DNA of 64,000 bases from Dictyostelium discoideum. Taxonomy: Eukaryota. The stretch covers positions 352,001 to 416,000 of the forward strand of contig CM000150.2 of NCBI GenBank assembly GCA_000004695.1. Reading direction: 5' to 3'. A model generated the notes under the pieces. The model was not told the origin of the DNA, made no database searches, and saw only the letters and a list, made by a program, of their open reading frames with translations. The position numbers and the translations under genes were made by a program. Shown here in pieces: positions 13,280 to 27,782 of the stretch (within the stretch, counting starts at the first letter, position 1; each line of letters starts with the position of its first letter).

Positions 13280-13465
13280 TTTTTATATTACTTTTTTTTA
13301 TTTCCTATTTATATATTTTTCAAGAAAATACTGTTTTTTTTTTTTTATTTTATAACTTTTGAAAAAAAAAAATAAAAAAAAAAAAAAAAATTAAAAAAAA
13401 AAATAAAAAAAAAAAAATAAAAAAATAAAATATTTTTTAAAAAATCTTTTTGACACTCCGCTTTT

Positions 13466-13505
13466 TGTGTGAAAATTGGTTAGTTTTAAAACTAACTTTC
13501 ACACA
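13466..13505. promoter_or_regulatory. Near-perfect 40-nt hairpin/palindrome between divergent cybA and the PGAM-like gene
   Basis: tgtgtgaaaattggttagtttt / aaaactaactttcacaca: an 18-bp stem with a short loop. It lies ~190 bp upstream of the cybA ATG and ~440 bp upstream of the 13942 ATG. Confidence 0.3.
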
Positions 13506-13941
13506 TTTATTGATTTAATGTTAATGTTGAGGAGATTTATTTATTAATTAATTTTTTTTTTAAATTTTTTTTTTTTTTATTATAATCTAATTAAATTACT
13601 GATTGGAGTATTATTTAAATTTAATATAGTTTACAATGAATTATTAAATTAAAATAATATTTTCTAAAATATTAAATTTAGACAAAAGTAATATTATTTT
13701 CACAAATTTGTCTTTTCCAAAAGTTTTTTATTTTTTTTTTTAATAAATTTAAAAAATTAATTAATATTTTAATTTAAAAAAAATATAAAATTATGAAAAA
13801 AAAAAAAAAAACACAAAAAAAAAAAAAAAATATAAAAAAGAAATTTTTTTTTTTTATTCATTTTTTTTTTTTTTCTATTCATCAACTATACACATATCAA
13901 AGAGAGAATTAAAAAAAAACATACACAAATAATTAAAAAAA

Positions 13942-14312
13942 ATGACAGTTTATTTAACAAGACATGGTTTAAGAGAGGATTGGATTAATAAATTATGGAG
14001 ATCTACAGCATTAAGACCATCAGATCCACCTTTATCGGCACGTGGATTTCATATAGCTAAAGAGTTGGGTATTTTCAGTAAAACTTTAGGATTAAAACAT
14101 ATTATATCATCACCAATGGAGAGATGTATTCAAACAAGTACAGCAATAGCTGATGAATTAGATTTGCCAATTAAAATTGATTATGGTGTTATTGAATGGG
14201 TTGGTTCTGATCCAAGACCTGATGATATTTTAAATCCACTTTCAAATGGTTTGTAGTAATAAAAAATTAAAAAATAATTTAAAAAAAATTAAAAAAAATT
14301 AAAAAATATTCT

Positions 14313-14368
<56 letters not shown>

Positions 14369-14747
14369 TTATATAGAGGAATTAAAATTAAAATATCCAA
14401 GAATTGATTTAGATTATAAATCAACAACAAATAATATACCAACAAAAGAATCAATTGAAGAATTACATGAAAGAACAAAGATATCAGTTGATCAAATCAT
14501 TGAAAAGTTTAAAGATGATGGACCAATCATTATCGTTTCTCATGCCGCTACAATGATTGCTTTAGGTAGAGGTATTTTAAATGATAATAATGCACCATTA
14601 AGATCTGGTGTTTGTAGTTTATCCAAATTTAATTTTAATACTACAGAAAATAAATGGGAACTTGAATATACTGGTAAATCTGATTTCATGGAAGATGGAG
14701 AACAATCTCATTGGACTTTTAAACGTCCAGTAATTGAAAAATCTTAA
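13942..14747 (+). CDS. Histidine phosphatase superfamily (phosphoglycerate-mutase-like) protein. Two exons, with the intron at ~14249..14376.
   Basis: N-terminal catalytic RHG motif (YLTRHGLRED) and a second-His region IIVSHAATMIALGRG in exon 2. Exon 2 shares the frame of ORF 14553..14747 back to an acceptor near 14376. The donor is either GTTTGT at 14249 or GTAGTA at 14253 with AG at 14401; both are atypical, so the junction is uncertain. Confidence 0.65.
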
Positions 14748-14852
14748 TAATAATAATTATAAAATAAAAATTGTAGTAATAAAAAAAAAAAAAAAAAAAA
14801 TTAATAATATTATTATTTATTTTTTAAAAAAAAAAAAAAATTTTTTCGAATT

Positions 14853-14885
<33 letters not shown>

Positions 14886-14914
14886 TTTCATTTTTTTTTT
14901 CATTTCATAATAAA

Positions 14915-15540
14915 GTGCGAAAAAAAAAAAAAAAAATGAAAAAACAACAAACAAATAATAACAATAATAAAAGTGTAAATAATAAAAGTAATAGTGGCAA
15001 TGTAAATAATAATAATAATAACGATGTAAATAAAAAAGTTGAAGAAATGTATTTAGAAAAAGAAGAATTAAGAGAAGATATTATTATAGATAAAAGAAAA
15101 GTAAATTTTCAAATAATAAATAGATATTAAAAAAAATAAAATTTAATATTAATTCCATATTTGGAAAAAAAAACTTACATTTATAAAAAATATATTTTAT
15201 TTTATTTTTTATTTTTTTTATTTTCTTATTTTTTTATTTTTTTATTTGTTTTTTTTAGATTTTAGATTTAGATCAAAGAAATAATTTAAATATAGAAGCT
15301 TTGGATAATATTGTAAATATCAAATCTGAAAATAAGAATAAAAATGGTAAATTATGGATATATACAGGTGATATTTTTATTCAAATGAAAGAAAATAATG
15401 CAAAGGAATTAATAATTAAAGAAAACGATGCAATTGAATCAGAAATTGAATCCCTTCAAAGTGGGTTGGTTGAAAAACAACAAAATTTAAAAAAGTTAGA
15501 AATGGATTACCAATTAGAGAGAAATAAACTATTTACATAA
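14915..15540 (+). CDS. PDRG1-like prefoldin-type (beta-class) small coiled-coil protein. Exons 14915..15100 and 15259..15540.
   Basis: GTAAAT donor after ...IIIDKRK, then acceptor ttttttag. The product ...IDKRKILDLDQRNNLNIEALDNI...NGKLWIYTGDIFIQMKENNAKELIIKENDAIESEIESLQSGL parallels human PDRG1 (ADKRQIVDLDTKRNQNREGLRAL...GNMFIKMP...KEMIEKDQDHLDKEIEKLRKQL). Confidence 0.6.
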
Positions 15541-15623
15541 ATTATTTAAAATTCGTTTTTTTTTTAAAAAAAATATTTATTTATTTATTTTATTTTATTT
15601 TATTTATCTATTTTTAATTTCAC

Positions 15624-15656
<33 letters not shown>

Positions 15657-15739
15657 ACCCCAATTTCACTTAAAAAACCAAATTTTCAAGTTTTCACCAA
15701 AACAAAAAAAAAACTTGATTTTATTTTTATTTTTATTTT

Positions 15740-15776
<37 letters not shown>

Positions 15777-16154
15777 CCATTTATGTAAATTTATAACCTC
15801 TAAAAAAATGTGAAGTCACTCGTTTTGCTATTGTTGGGATACTGTCTTTTGTAAATGGAAATGGATTTTATTTTTATTTTTTATTTTGTTTTTTTTTTTT
15901 TTTTTTAATTATAATATTTTTAATTTTTTTTGTTTTTTAATAATTTTTTTTTTTTTTTATTTTTTTTTTTGTTTTTTTTAAGTTTATCTTAATAAATATT
16001 AAAATAAAAAATAAATAAAAAAAATAAAATAAAATAAAATACTTTCACAAAACAACCAATTATAAAAAAAAAATAAAAATAAAAAACAAAGAAAAAAAAA
16101 AAATATTTAAAAATTAAAAAAAAAAGTAATTAAAAAAAAAAAAAAAAAAAAAAA

Positions 16155-16942
16155 ATGTATTCAATTAATACTCTGTTATGTAATAATTTTGGAGATGTTA
16201 AATCAATTTTACAAAATGATACATTTAGAATATTATCATGTTATGATTCAGAAAGGGATCAAAGAATAGGATATGATGATGCATTATTATTTTTTCAAGA
16301 TTCTGGAACACTTGACCCTCAAACTGATGTCGATCATTTATTTGGTGAAGATCATTCCAAAGTTTTAACCTATATAGAAATATTTAATGTAAAATATCTT
16401 TAAATATTTAAATTTAAAAATAATAATTATTAATTTCTTTTTTTTTTTTAAAATTTTAGTATATATTTGATCAATTAAAAAGGAATATTTTTATTTTACA
16501 TAGAGATTTCTTAGTATTTTTGAAAAATAATGAAGATAATGTTGATGATATTGTTTCTTTTAAAGATCTAGAAGATTATGTTAAAGGAAAGCAAGTGAGA
16601 GCACATGTAAATCCTCGTATTGCCTCACTCAATTTAATTTTGGAAATTAATGGAAATGATGATAGTTTTAAATGTTCAATAGAGAAAATAAGAGTTGTAT
16701 GTATTAAATATTTAAAAATAAATAATAAAAAAAATTCAAAGGAATATATTTTTTTATAATTATATAAAATTTCTAATAAAAAAGTAATAATTACTATTAA
16801 TACTATTTTTATATTTATATAGTATATAACCGGAAAATTACTTGAATACGATTTAAAGGTAAAAAATGATATTGACAAAGAAATTACCAAAGAAGTTCAT
16901 AATAAAAGTAGTATTGAAAGGATAGGAAACCCCGTCCAATAA
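16155..16942 (+). CDS. Hypothetical protein, paralog A of a tandem pair (~196 aa). Exons 16155..16388, 16460..16696, 16823..16942.
   Basis: Donors are GTAAAA and GTATGT, all exons are phase 0, and exon lengths are multiples of 3. Conserved with the downstream gene: N-terminus ...NDTFRI.S.YD.E....G...AL.FF.DSGT..P..DV..L.GED..K and a middle exon ...VNPRIASLNLILEINGND. Confidence 0.6.
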
Positions 16943-16964
16943 TAATAATAATAAAAATAATATT

Positions 16965-16999
<35 letters not shown>

Positions 17000-17406
17000 A
17001 ATTTGGATAACATATCTCTTAATTTCTCAAGGATATTATTTTTTTCAGAATCTAAAAAACAATTAAAAAAATTTATAAATAAAAAAAAAAAAAAAAAAAA
17101 AGATAAAAAAGATTTTATTTAGTCTTTTCATTTTTTTAGATTTTAAATTTTATTTTTTTAATTTATTTTTTTATTTTTTTTTACATTTTAATTTATTTTT
17201 ATTTTTAATTTTTTTTTTTTTTTTTTTTTTTATTTATTTATTTTTTTTTTTCCAAAAACAATAAAAACAAAAAATTAAATCCAATTGAAGTTATTTTTTT
17301 TTACAAGTACAAACTAAAAATAAAAATAAAAATAAAAATAAAAATAAAAATAAATATAAAAATAAAAATAAATATAAAAATAAAAATAAAATTAAAATAA
17401 ATTAAA

Positions 17407-18016
17407 ATGTATACTATTCATACTGGTCCACGATCGTTTGAGGAAGTTAAATTATTTTTAAGAAATGATACGTTTAGAATTATTTCACACTATGACACGG
17501 AAAAGATAAATAGTGTGGGTTTCTATGAAGCACTTTCATTTTTTGAAGATTCTGGTACAAATTTCCCTGAAAAAGATGTTTATGATTTATATGGTGAAGA
17601 TATTTATAAAAGATTATATTATAATGATATTTTTATGGTAATTACTATTTTTTTTTTTTTTTTTTTTTTTTTCCAAATTAATAATTTAAAATATTAAAAA
17701 AAATATAAATATATATATATATAAATAGCATTTAATAGAGCAATTAAGAAAGAATATATTTCAAATTTATAGATTTTTTCAATACTATTTTGAAGAATTT
17801 GATTCATATATCATAACAAGCAAAGAAATTGAAGAATTATTTAAAAAACAATCAATTGTTCGTATAAATCCAAGAATGGCTGCTTTGAATTTAATTCTAA
17901 GAGTAAATGGAAATGATCATCTTGTTACAAATACTCATAAAATTAATACTGTATGTTTAAATTATTTTTAGAAAAATATCTATAGATACTAATTTTATAT
18001 GAATAAATATTAAAAT

Positions 18017-18059
<43 letters not shown>

Positions 18060-18211
18060 CCTAGTATATTGATTTTACATTAAGAGAACATGATCGAAAG
18101 GTATTAAAAGATTTAGAAAAAGAATTTAAAAAGGAAAAAAGAATTGAAGAAGATATTGAATTTAAATTACCAAAATTTTCAAAATTCAGTCAACCCATTT
18201 CACAGCACTGA
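17407..18211 (+). pseudogene. Paralog B of the same family, with an apparent +1 frameshift in exon 2, so possibly a pseudogene or a sequence error. Exons 17407..17637, ~17728..17949, 18065..18211.
   Basis: Intron positions match gene A. Exon 2 begins HLIEQLRKNIF in one frame and continues QIYRFFQYYFEEFDSYIITSKEIEELFKKQSIVRINPRMAALNLILRVNGNDHLV in the +1 frame. The switch lies in the T-run at ~17757-17761 (atatattttcaa); removing one T restores alignment with gene A (NIFILHRDFLVFL vs NIFQIYRFFQYYF). Confidence 0.45.
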
Positions 18212-18401
18212 TTTTAATTAAATCTATATAGATTTAATTAATAAAAAAATAAAAAATAAAAAAAAAATATAAAAAAAAAAAATAAAAAAAAAAAATAAAA
18301 AAATAAAAAAAAAAAAAATATATTTTTTAAATTAAAAATCAATCATTTTTGATTTAAAAATAATAAACAAAATTGTTTTTATTATTATATTTAAAAAATT
18401 C

Positions 18402-18440
<39 letters not shown>

Positions 18441-18812
18441 TTTTTACCATTAAATTTTAAATAAAAAAAAAAATTTTAAAATAACCCGATTTGCATTGCA
18501 ATGTTCAAAAAAAAAAAAAAAAATATTTTTTAATTAAATTTAAATTTTTTTGGGCAATTTTTTATTTTATAAAAAACCTTGATTAAAAAAAAAAAAAAAA
18601 TTTTTAAAAAATTAAAAAAAAATTGAAAAAAAAAGCCTCTCCGATTATTTTTTATTTTTTTTTCCGACTATCAAAGTCAAAAAATTCTTTTTGATTTACC
18701 TGGTCAAAACGGGACTTATCCTCTTTATTTTATTTTTTTTTTATTAAAATTTTTTTTATTTTTTATTTTTTTTTTTTAACCCATCAATAAAAATTATTAT
18801 TTTTATTTTTAA

Positions 18813-18849
<37 letters not shown>

Positions 18850-19017
18850 CACTCCATTCGTTTTCATTATATTAATATTAATTTATTATTTGTAATAAAG
18901 AAAATTTTTTAAAGAAATCAAAATTTTTCTTTTTTTTTTTTTTTTTTCTTTTTTATAATTTCTTTTTTTTTTTATATAAAATAATTTTTATTTTTATAAA
19001 TAAAAAATTATAATAGA

Positions 19018-19288
19018 ATGGGAGAACAAAAATATGATAGATTAAACGAAAGCGAATCAATTAACGTTAAAGTTCAAGATATTAAAGAATATGAAGAGGC
19101 ATCATCAGATAATATGAGAGCTCAAGATATCAATTATCAAACTCAACATAATACAGATACTACAGGTAGTTTAATTAAATTTATGTTTTGGTTATTTTGT
19201 GTTTGTTTCTCATTAGCGGGTGTACAATTTGTTTGTAAGTATTTGAAAATTTTTTTTTTTTTTTTTTTATATATCAATTCATAGGGAA

Positions 19289-19381
<93 letters not shown>

Positions 19382-19778
19382 ATTATTAAAATTATTAATA
19401 CATATTATATTATATTATTTTATTTTATATTATATTATATTATATTATAATATATTATATTATGTTATATTATATTTAAATAATAAATAGATTCAATTCA
19501 ATTTGCATTAGGTACACCACTTTTTATTAATAAATTTAAATTAAGTAATTCAACAACATCAATTATTCAATCAATTGCAGGTCCAGTATCTGGTTTTCTA
19601 GTTCAACCAATTATTGGTGTATATTCCGATAGTTGTAAAAGTAAATGGGGTAGAAGAAAACCATATATCGTTTTTGGTGCTGTTTTTGTTGGTATGTTAT
19701 ATAATTTAATCAATTTTTTTTATTTTATTTTTTATTTTTTACTTTTTTATTAATATCTTTATAATCATTTGATTGTTA

Positions 19779-19859
<81 letters not shown>

Positions 19860-21018
19860 GTAATTGGTTTATTAGTTATTGCATTTTCACCACAAATTGG
19901 TGAATTATTTGGAGATAAAGCTGATGGCGCAACATCATCTGATCATAAATCAGGTTTAGCAATTGCTATAGCAGGTTTTGTTGTTATGAATCTTTCAGTA
20001 AATATTATGCAAGGTCCAACAAGATCATTAGTATCTGATGTTTGTCCAATGGATAAACAAAATCTTGCAAATTCAATGGCTGTCAATGTTATGGGTTTTG
20101 CTTCAATCATTGCAAATGTTATTGGTTCATTCTTTGCAACAAATGAAAATTCATATAGAGATCTTTTTGGTAAATAAATAATTATTATCTCAATTTATTA
20201 ATTTTTTTAATATATTATTAATATATATATATATAATTAACATATTTATAATTAATAATAATAAAGTAATTGGAGCAGGATTTGTAGCATTTTCAGTTGT
20301 TCCAACAATTATAGTAGCAAAAGAGAAACAATTAGATTCAAGTATTAAATCACCATCATCACCATTAGAAGCATTTATAAGAATTAAGAGAGCATTTGCA
20401 ACCATTCCAAAAGAATTGGCATTAATTTCATTGGTATTCTTTGTATCATGGTTTGGTTTTTCACCATTTATGGTTACCAATACATCATATTTCCAACAAA
20501 ATGTATTCAATGGCGAAAGTGAAGGTTTGAAATTTGGTTTCTATGGTCAAGCTGTTTTCTCTGCAGTTTCATTCTTTTTCTCATTCTTCCTCTCTGGACT
20601 TTGCAATATTTTCGGTGAGAAGATCATTTACTCTGCAAGTCAATTGATTGCTGGTGCCTCTTTAATATTATTTTTGGTTTTCGATCACGCTCAACCATGG
20701 TTAGCAATCTTATTGACTGGTGTCGTTGGTATTAATTTCTGTGTATTCAATGCGATCCCATTCGCTATGATGGTCAAAGTTATCTCAAGTAAAGATATTG
20801 GTTTATATATGGGTGTTTTAAATTCTTCAGCTGTAGTAAGTCAAACCATCTCTATCTTTACCTCTGGTAGAGTTGAAGCTGCAAAAAATCAAAATGTTGC
20901 TTGGGGTATTGCATATGGTGGTCTCTTTACATTATTGGGTGTATTTTTAGCTTTTATCTTACCAAAATCAAAGAAAGTAACAGAACAAATTAATGAAGAA
21001 TCACCATTAATTAAATAA
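19018..21018 (+). CDS. MFS transporter of the GPH/SLC45/plant-SUT sucrose-H+ symporter family. Four exons: 19018..19234, 19491..19691, 19861..20169, 20267..21018.
   Basis: All junctions are phase 1 with GTAAGT/GTATGT/GTAAAT donors, and the exon-length arithmetic is consistent. The signature GPVSGFLVQPIIGVYSDSCKSKWGRRKPYIV matches the SUT/SLC45 motif GPLSGLLVQPLVGxxSDRCTSRFGRRRPFI. There are 12 predicted TM stretches. Intron 1 carries an ~84-nt poly-A and intron 2 a (TTA)28. Confidence 0.75.
19296..19379. repeat. ~84-nt poly(A) homopolymer in intron 1 of the MFS transporter gene
   Basis: Uninterrupted A-run. Other long homopolymers: T62 at 59411-59472, A60 at 45722-45781, A57 at 54201-54257, T49 at 27784-27832. 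Confidence 0.9.
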
Positions 21019-21178
21019 AAAATAATAATAATAATAATAATAATAATAGATTAAATAATATATAATTTTTGTATTCATATTCATATTTATTAGATAAAAA
21101 TAATAGTAAAAAAAAAAATTAATAAAAAAAAAAAAAATAAATAATAAATTATATAAATAAATTATTTATATTTAAAAA

Positions 21179-21228
<50 letters not shown>

Positions 21229-21252
21229 CTTTTTTTATTTAATTTATTTAAT

Positions 21253-22947
21253 TTATTTATCTAAAATTGTTAAATTAAATTTTAATTTTACAGTCATAAT
21301 TTTTAAAGGTGGACCAACACATTTTACAATTAATTGATATTCACGAACAAAAGAAGCATCAACACCAGTTACTTCAGATGGTAAAATATTAGGAGGTATT
21401 GAATAAAAGAAATCACCTTCGAAACGATCTTTAATTAATGGGAAACGATTTGAATGATGAAATTCACATCTACCCAATTTTTTAATGGTTCTTTTTGGTT
21501 TTCTTTCATAGGCAGTACCAGTGATTTCCATTCTAGTTTCGGTCATTAATAGATAGGCTACAACCTTTTCAACTTTTTTAGTTGTACCATTATCAATTGT
21601 GAACCCAAATTGAATGGTTTCACCGGCTCTATAGAATTTTCTTTGTAATTGAATTGAAAAGAATAATTGTTTACTCGATCCAACAAATGTACGAATTTCC
21701 TCTTGTGATAAACCAGTGGTAGATTCAAAACACATTGGATGATAGGCTCGATTATCCTTTACCTTTAATGAAAGATTTGAAAGAGCAAATGGTTTTTGAC
21801 ATCCTGCACAAATAATTGAAACTTGAAAACATTCAGCATGCCAATTTCTATCCAATGCTTTAATAGAATTGGTCGAAAGTAATGCATCACATGCTGCACA
21901 TTTATCACCACTAAATGTTAATGGTAATGACGATGTTGCATTATTAAATGAATTATTACTTTGATTAAATTGATGATTTTGTAAAAAATTTTGTTGTGCA
22001 ATTGGCATATTTGAATTTGTTAAAATTTGATTAAAATTATTATTACTATTATTTAAACTATTATTTAAACTATTTGTACTACCATTAAATGATGGAAATG
22101 ATGATAACATTGATTGTGTTGAATTATTATTATTATATGATTGTTGTTGAAATTGTTGTTGTTGAGGTTGTTGAGGTTGAGGTTGTTGAGGTTGTTGTGG
22201 TTGTGGTTGAGAAGCAGCAAATGGTTTAAGTACTTCTATTCTATCTAAATAAATTTTAGCTTCATCACTAAGATTCTTTTTTAAAGTTGGATCAGGTTCA
22301 CTTTTAATTGCCATTAAATAATAATTACATGCTTCTTCATAACATTGACTTGCACCTCTATAATTTTTAACTTCTTCTTCTTTACGACCTTTAAGTGAAA
22401 AGTTTTTAGCTGCTTCATATGCTTCAACTCTGCTTAATTGCCTATTGGTTGATTGATTATTACCAATTGATAATGAATTTAATTTTGAAAGTTGTTCATT
22501 TTTATTTAAATTTGGTGGTGAAAATCCATTACTTGTATTATTATTATTATTATTAGTATTACCTGCTGATGGAAATGATGATAAAATACTATTATTATTA
22601 TTATTAATTTGTTGTTGTTGTTGTTGTTGTTGTTGATTTATTGATGGTGAAATTGATGAAGGTACAGATGGAAAACTAAATTGTGATTGTTGTGGTTGTG
22701 ATGGTTGTGATGATTGTGGTTGTTGTGATAATAAATTTTTAATAAATTTATTTCTTTGAGAATATTCTTCAATTTTTGAAGAGATTAAAGCATTTTTTGA
22801 TGGTTCTCTCTCTGCTACTAATGCTAATTTTAAATTTAAAACCGCTTGATCATAAAGATTACATGCTAATGAATAATTTTTTTGATTATCTGCATCAATT
22901 GCTGATTTAACTAATTGTAATCCAGTTTGTAATATTTCGCTTGACAT
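21253..22947 (-). CDS. MIT-domain protein: two MIT-like helical domains, Gln/Asn-rich linkers, a Cys/His-rich (LIM/zinc-finger-like) segment and a C-terminal beta-sandwich (arrestin/Ig-like) region
   Basis: Single 564-aa ORF. N-terminal MSSEILQTGLQLVKSAIDADNQKNYSLACNLYDQAVLNLKLAL...EEYSQR is MIT-like. A second copy is RVEAYEAAKNFSLKGRKEEEVKNYRGASQCYEEACNYYLMAI. A CAACDALL...WHAECFQVSIICAGCQKPF Cys cluster follows. The C-terminal domain call is tentative. Confidence 0.6.
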   Translation of the reverse strand: MSSEILQTGLQLVKSAIDADNQKNYSLACNLYDQAVLNLKLALVAEREPSKNALISSKIEEYSQRNKFIKNLLSQQPQSSQPSQPQQSQFSFPSVPSSISPSINQQQQQQQQQINNNNNSILSSFPSAGNTNNNNNNTSNGFSPPNLNKNEQLSKLNSLSIGNNQSTNRQLSRVEAYEAAKNFSLKGRKEEEVKNYRGASQCYEEACNYYLMAIKSEPDPTLKKNLSDEAKIYLDRIEVLKPFAASQPQPQQPQQPQPQQPQQQQFQQQSYNNNNSTQSMLSSFPSFNGSTNSLNNSLNNSNNNFNQILTNSNMPIAQQNFLQNHQFNQSNNSFNNATSSLPLTFSGDKCAACDALLSTNSIKALDRNWHAECFQVSIICAGCQKPFALSNLSLKVKDNRAYHPMCFESTTGLSQEEIRTFVGSSKQLFFSIQLQRKFYRAGETIQFGFTIDNGTTKKVEKVVAYLLMTETRMEITGTAYERKPKRTIKKLGRCEFHHSNRFPLIKDRFEGDFFYSIPPNILPSEVTGVDASFVREYQLIVKCVGPPLKIMTVKLKFNLTILDK

Positions 22948-23317
22948 TATTATTGTTAATATTATTATAATTTTTTTTTTTTTTTTTTTTTTTAATAAAT
23001 AAATAATAAATAATAAATAATAAATAAATAAATAATAAATATATAAATAAATAAAAAATTAAAATTAAAACAAGATATTATTGGTTCTGTTTTTTTTAAT
23101 AAAAAAAATAAAAATAAAAATAAAAATAAAAATTTAATTAATATGTAAATTCAAAAAAAAAAACAAAAAAAAAAAAAAAAAAAAAACAAAAATAAAAATA
23201 AAATAAAATTTTTTTTTAAAATTTATTAAAAAATCTAATTATTTGAAAATATTCCAACCCTCATATATAATGCGTTTGTTATAACCTTCAACAATACTAT
23301 TTTTAAAATATTTTTAA

Positions 23318-23347
<30 letters not shown>

Positions 23348-23349
<2 letters not shown>

Positions 23350-24736
23350 GAAATCAATTAATTTTCTAAATAAAACCAAAGGTATTTTTAATTATTATAA
23401 TAATTTTCAAAGAAATCATTGTAGTATTGTTTTAAATGGAAATAAAGAAAATAAAATTTCATCATTGTATAGTTGGGGTTGTAATAAAGACGGTAAACTA
23501 GGTAATAATAATGAATTGGTTGATTGTGAAGCATTTCCTAATAGAATCTCAAGTTTTCAAATTAATAATAATCAAATAATTGATAATCAATCATTTAGTA
23601 ATATTGGTATAAAAGATATAGAATGTGGTCATTATCATACAATGATAATTGATAAAAATGATAACTTATATCAATGTGGTTGGACCTCATTTGTAGGTAT
23701 TAATAATTTAACAAAAAATAATAAAAATCTAATACCAACTATTATAAATCCATCATCATCATCATCATCATTTAAAATTAAAAATGTTAGTGGTGGTAGA
23801 AGACATACATTAATATTAACAAAAGATGGTAAAGTTTATTCATATGGAATTGGATCAGAATATCAATTAGGTCATGGTGATAATCAGAATAGATCAGAAC
23901 CAACTGAAATTGAACAACTTTCAAAATATGCTATAATTAAAGTTGTAAGTGGATGGGGACACTCAATAGCATTATCAAATGATGGTAAATTATATTCATG
24001 GGGATTTTCAAACGATTCTCAAACTGGTCATGGATTCTTAATTGATAATCCAATCAAATCACCAAAATTAATCGCCAGTGATTTCAATTTCAAAAATGTT
24101 TTCTCTGGTAGTGATTTCGTAATCACAATCACTGATAAAGGTGAACTAATTACATTTGGTTCAAATGAATTTGGTCAATTAGGTAATGGTACAATCATTA
24201 ATCAAGAATTTCCAATCAATATAATTAATAATCATTTTGGTGGTGGTGGTGGTGGTGGTGGTGCTAATTCAAAATTTAATAAAATTATTGAATCAGCAGG
24301 TAAAGGTAAATTTGATAAAAGGATATCATGTGGATTTTCACATTGTTTAATTTTAAATGATGATGGTGAATTATTTACATTTGGTTGGAATGGTAATGGT
24401 CAATTAGGTATTGGACGATCCAATAGTAATAATAATAATACATATGAATCAATACCGATAAAATTAGATTCAAGTTTATTTAATGGTGAAAAGATTGAAA
24501 TGGTATCTGCTGGTAGAAATCATTCAGTTGCTTTGACTGAATCTGGTAGATTATATCTTTGGGGTAACTCAAATCATGGTAAACTTGGCAATGGTACTGT
24601 ATCTGGTAATATCTATGAACCAACGGAATTATTTGATTTCGATGAATCTGTACCACAATCATTTCCACTAGAATTTCAAAAAGTTTTAAATATTTCAACT
24701 GGTTTTGATCATACAATTATAGAATTATTAGAATAA
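23348..24736 (+). CDS. RCC1-repeat (RCC1-like domain) protein
   Basis: Single 462-aa ORF with at least 6 RCC1 blades: GRRHTLILTKDGKVYSYGIGSEYQLGHGDN, GWGHSIALSNDGKLYSWGFSNDSQTGHG, SDFVITITDKGELITFGSNEFGQLGNG, FSHCLILNDDGELFTFGWNGNGQLG, NHSVALTESGRLYLWGNSNHGKLGNG. Confidence 0.8.
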
Positions 24737-24991
24737 AAACAAATAAATTAATAAACTTTTTTTTTTATTTTTTTATATTTCTTTTTTTTTTTATTTTATT
24801 TATTTATTTAATTTTTTTTTTCAATTAAAAAAAACACAATTATTTTAATATTTATTTGTAATGTTATATATATTTTTTAAAAAAAAGTAATGATTGACAA
24901 TTAGTATTATTATATTATTAAAATTATTATTATTATTACTATTTGGTTTGATTTTTTTTTTTGGATTTTAGTTTTTTTTTTTTTATTATTA

Positions 24992-27294
<2,303 letters not shown>

Positions 27295-27573
27295 TTATTA
27301 TTATTATGATGATTCTATATTTACAAAAAAACTAATTTTTTTAAAAAAAAAAAAAAAAAAAAAACTAATTGTGTTTGATTGATCCTGTAAAATTTTTTTT
27401 TTTTGTTATTTGTTTTTGTTTTTTTCTATTACCAAAAAATATTAATATATTATAAAATAAAATAAAATAAAAACAAATAGGAAAAAAAAAAAGAAAGAAT
27501 TAAAATAGTAGTACAAAAATATAAATAGGTGAAAATACAAATAAAGAGGGAAAAAAAAAAAAATAATAGCTGG

Positions 27574-27610
<37 letters not shown>

Positions 27611-27782
27611 ATAAAATTTTTCAAAAAATGGTTTTTTTTTTTTTTTATTTTTTTTTTATTTTTTTTTATTTTTTTTTTATTTTCAAACGGCTAGGTATGG
27701 TGGTGAGATATCACAACAAAAATACAAGTTACCAAAAAAAAAAAATTTTACACCAATGTTATAACACCAATCAGTGCCATAC

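Noticed and set aside
18690-18730. gatttacctggtcaaaacgggacttatcc, resembling U1 snRNA 5' end (ACUUACCUGG) and CUUAUCC
   Set aside because: Only two short matches. The downstream sequence degenerates into poly-T/A with no U1 stem-loops or Sm site, so it is probably chance.
20190-20510. ORF 20190..20510 (-) and 20416..21018 (+) listed as separate ORFs
   Set aside because: 20416..21018 is simply the in-frame tail of transporter exon 4 (the true exon starts at ~20267 after an intron). The minus ORF is antisense noise.
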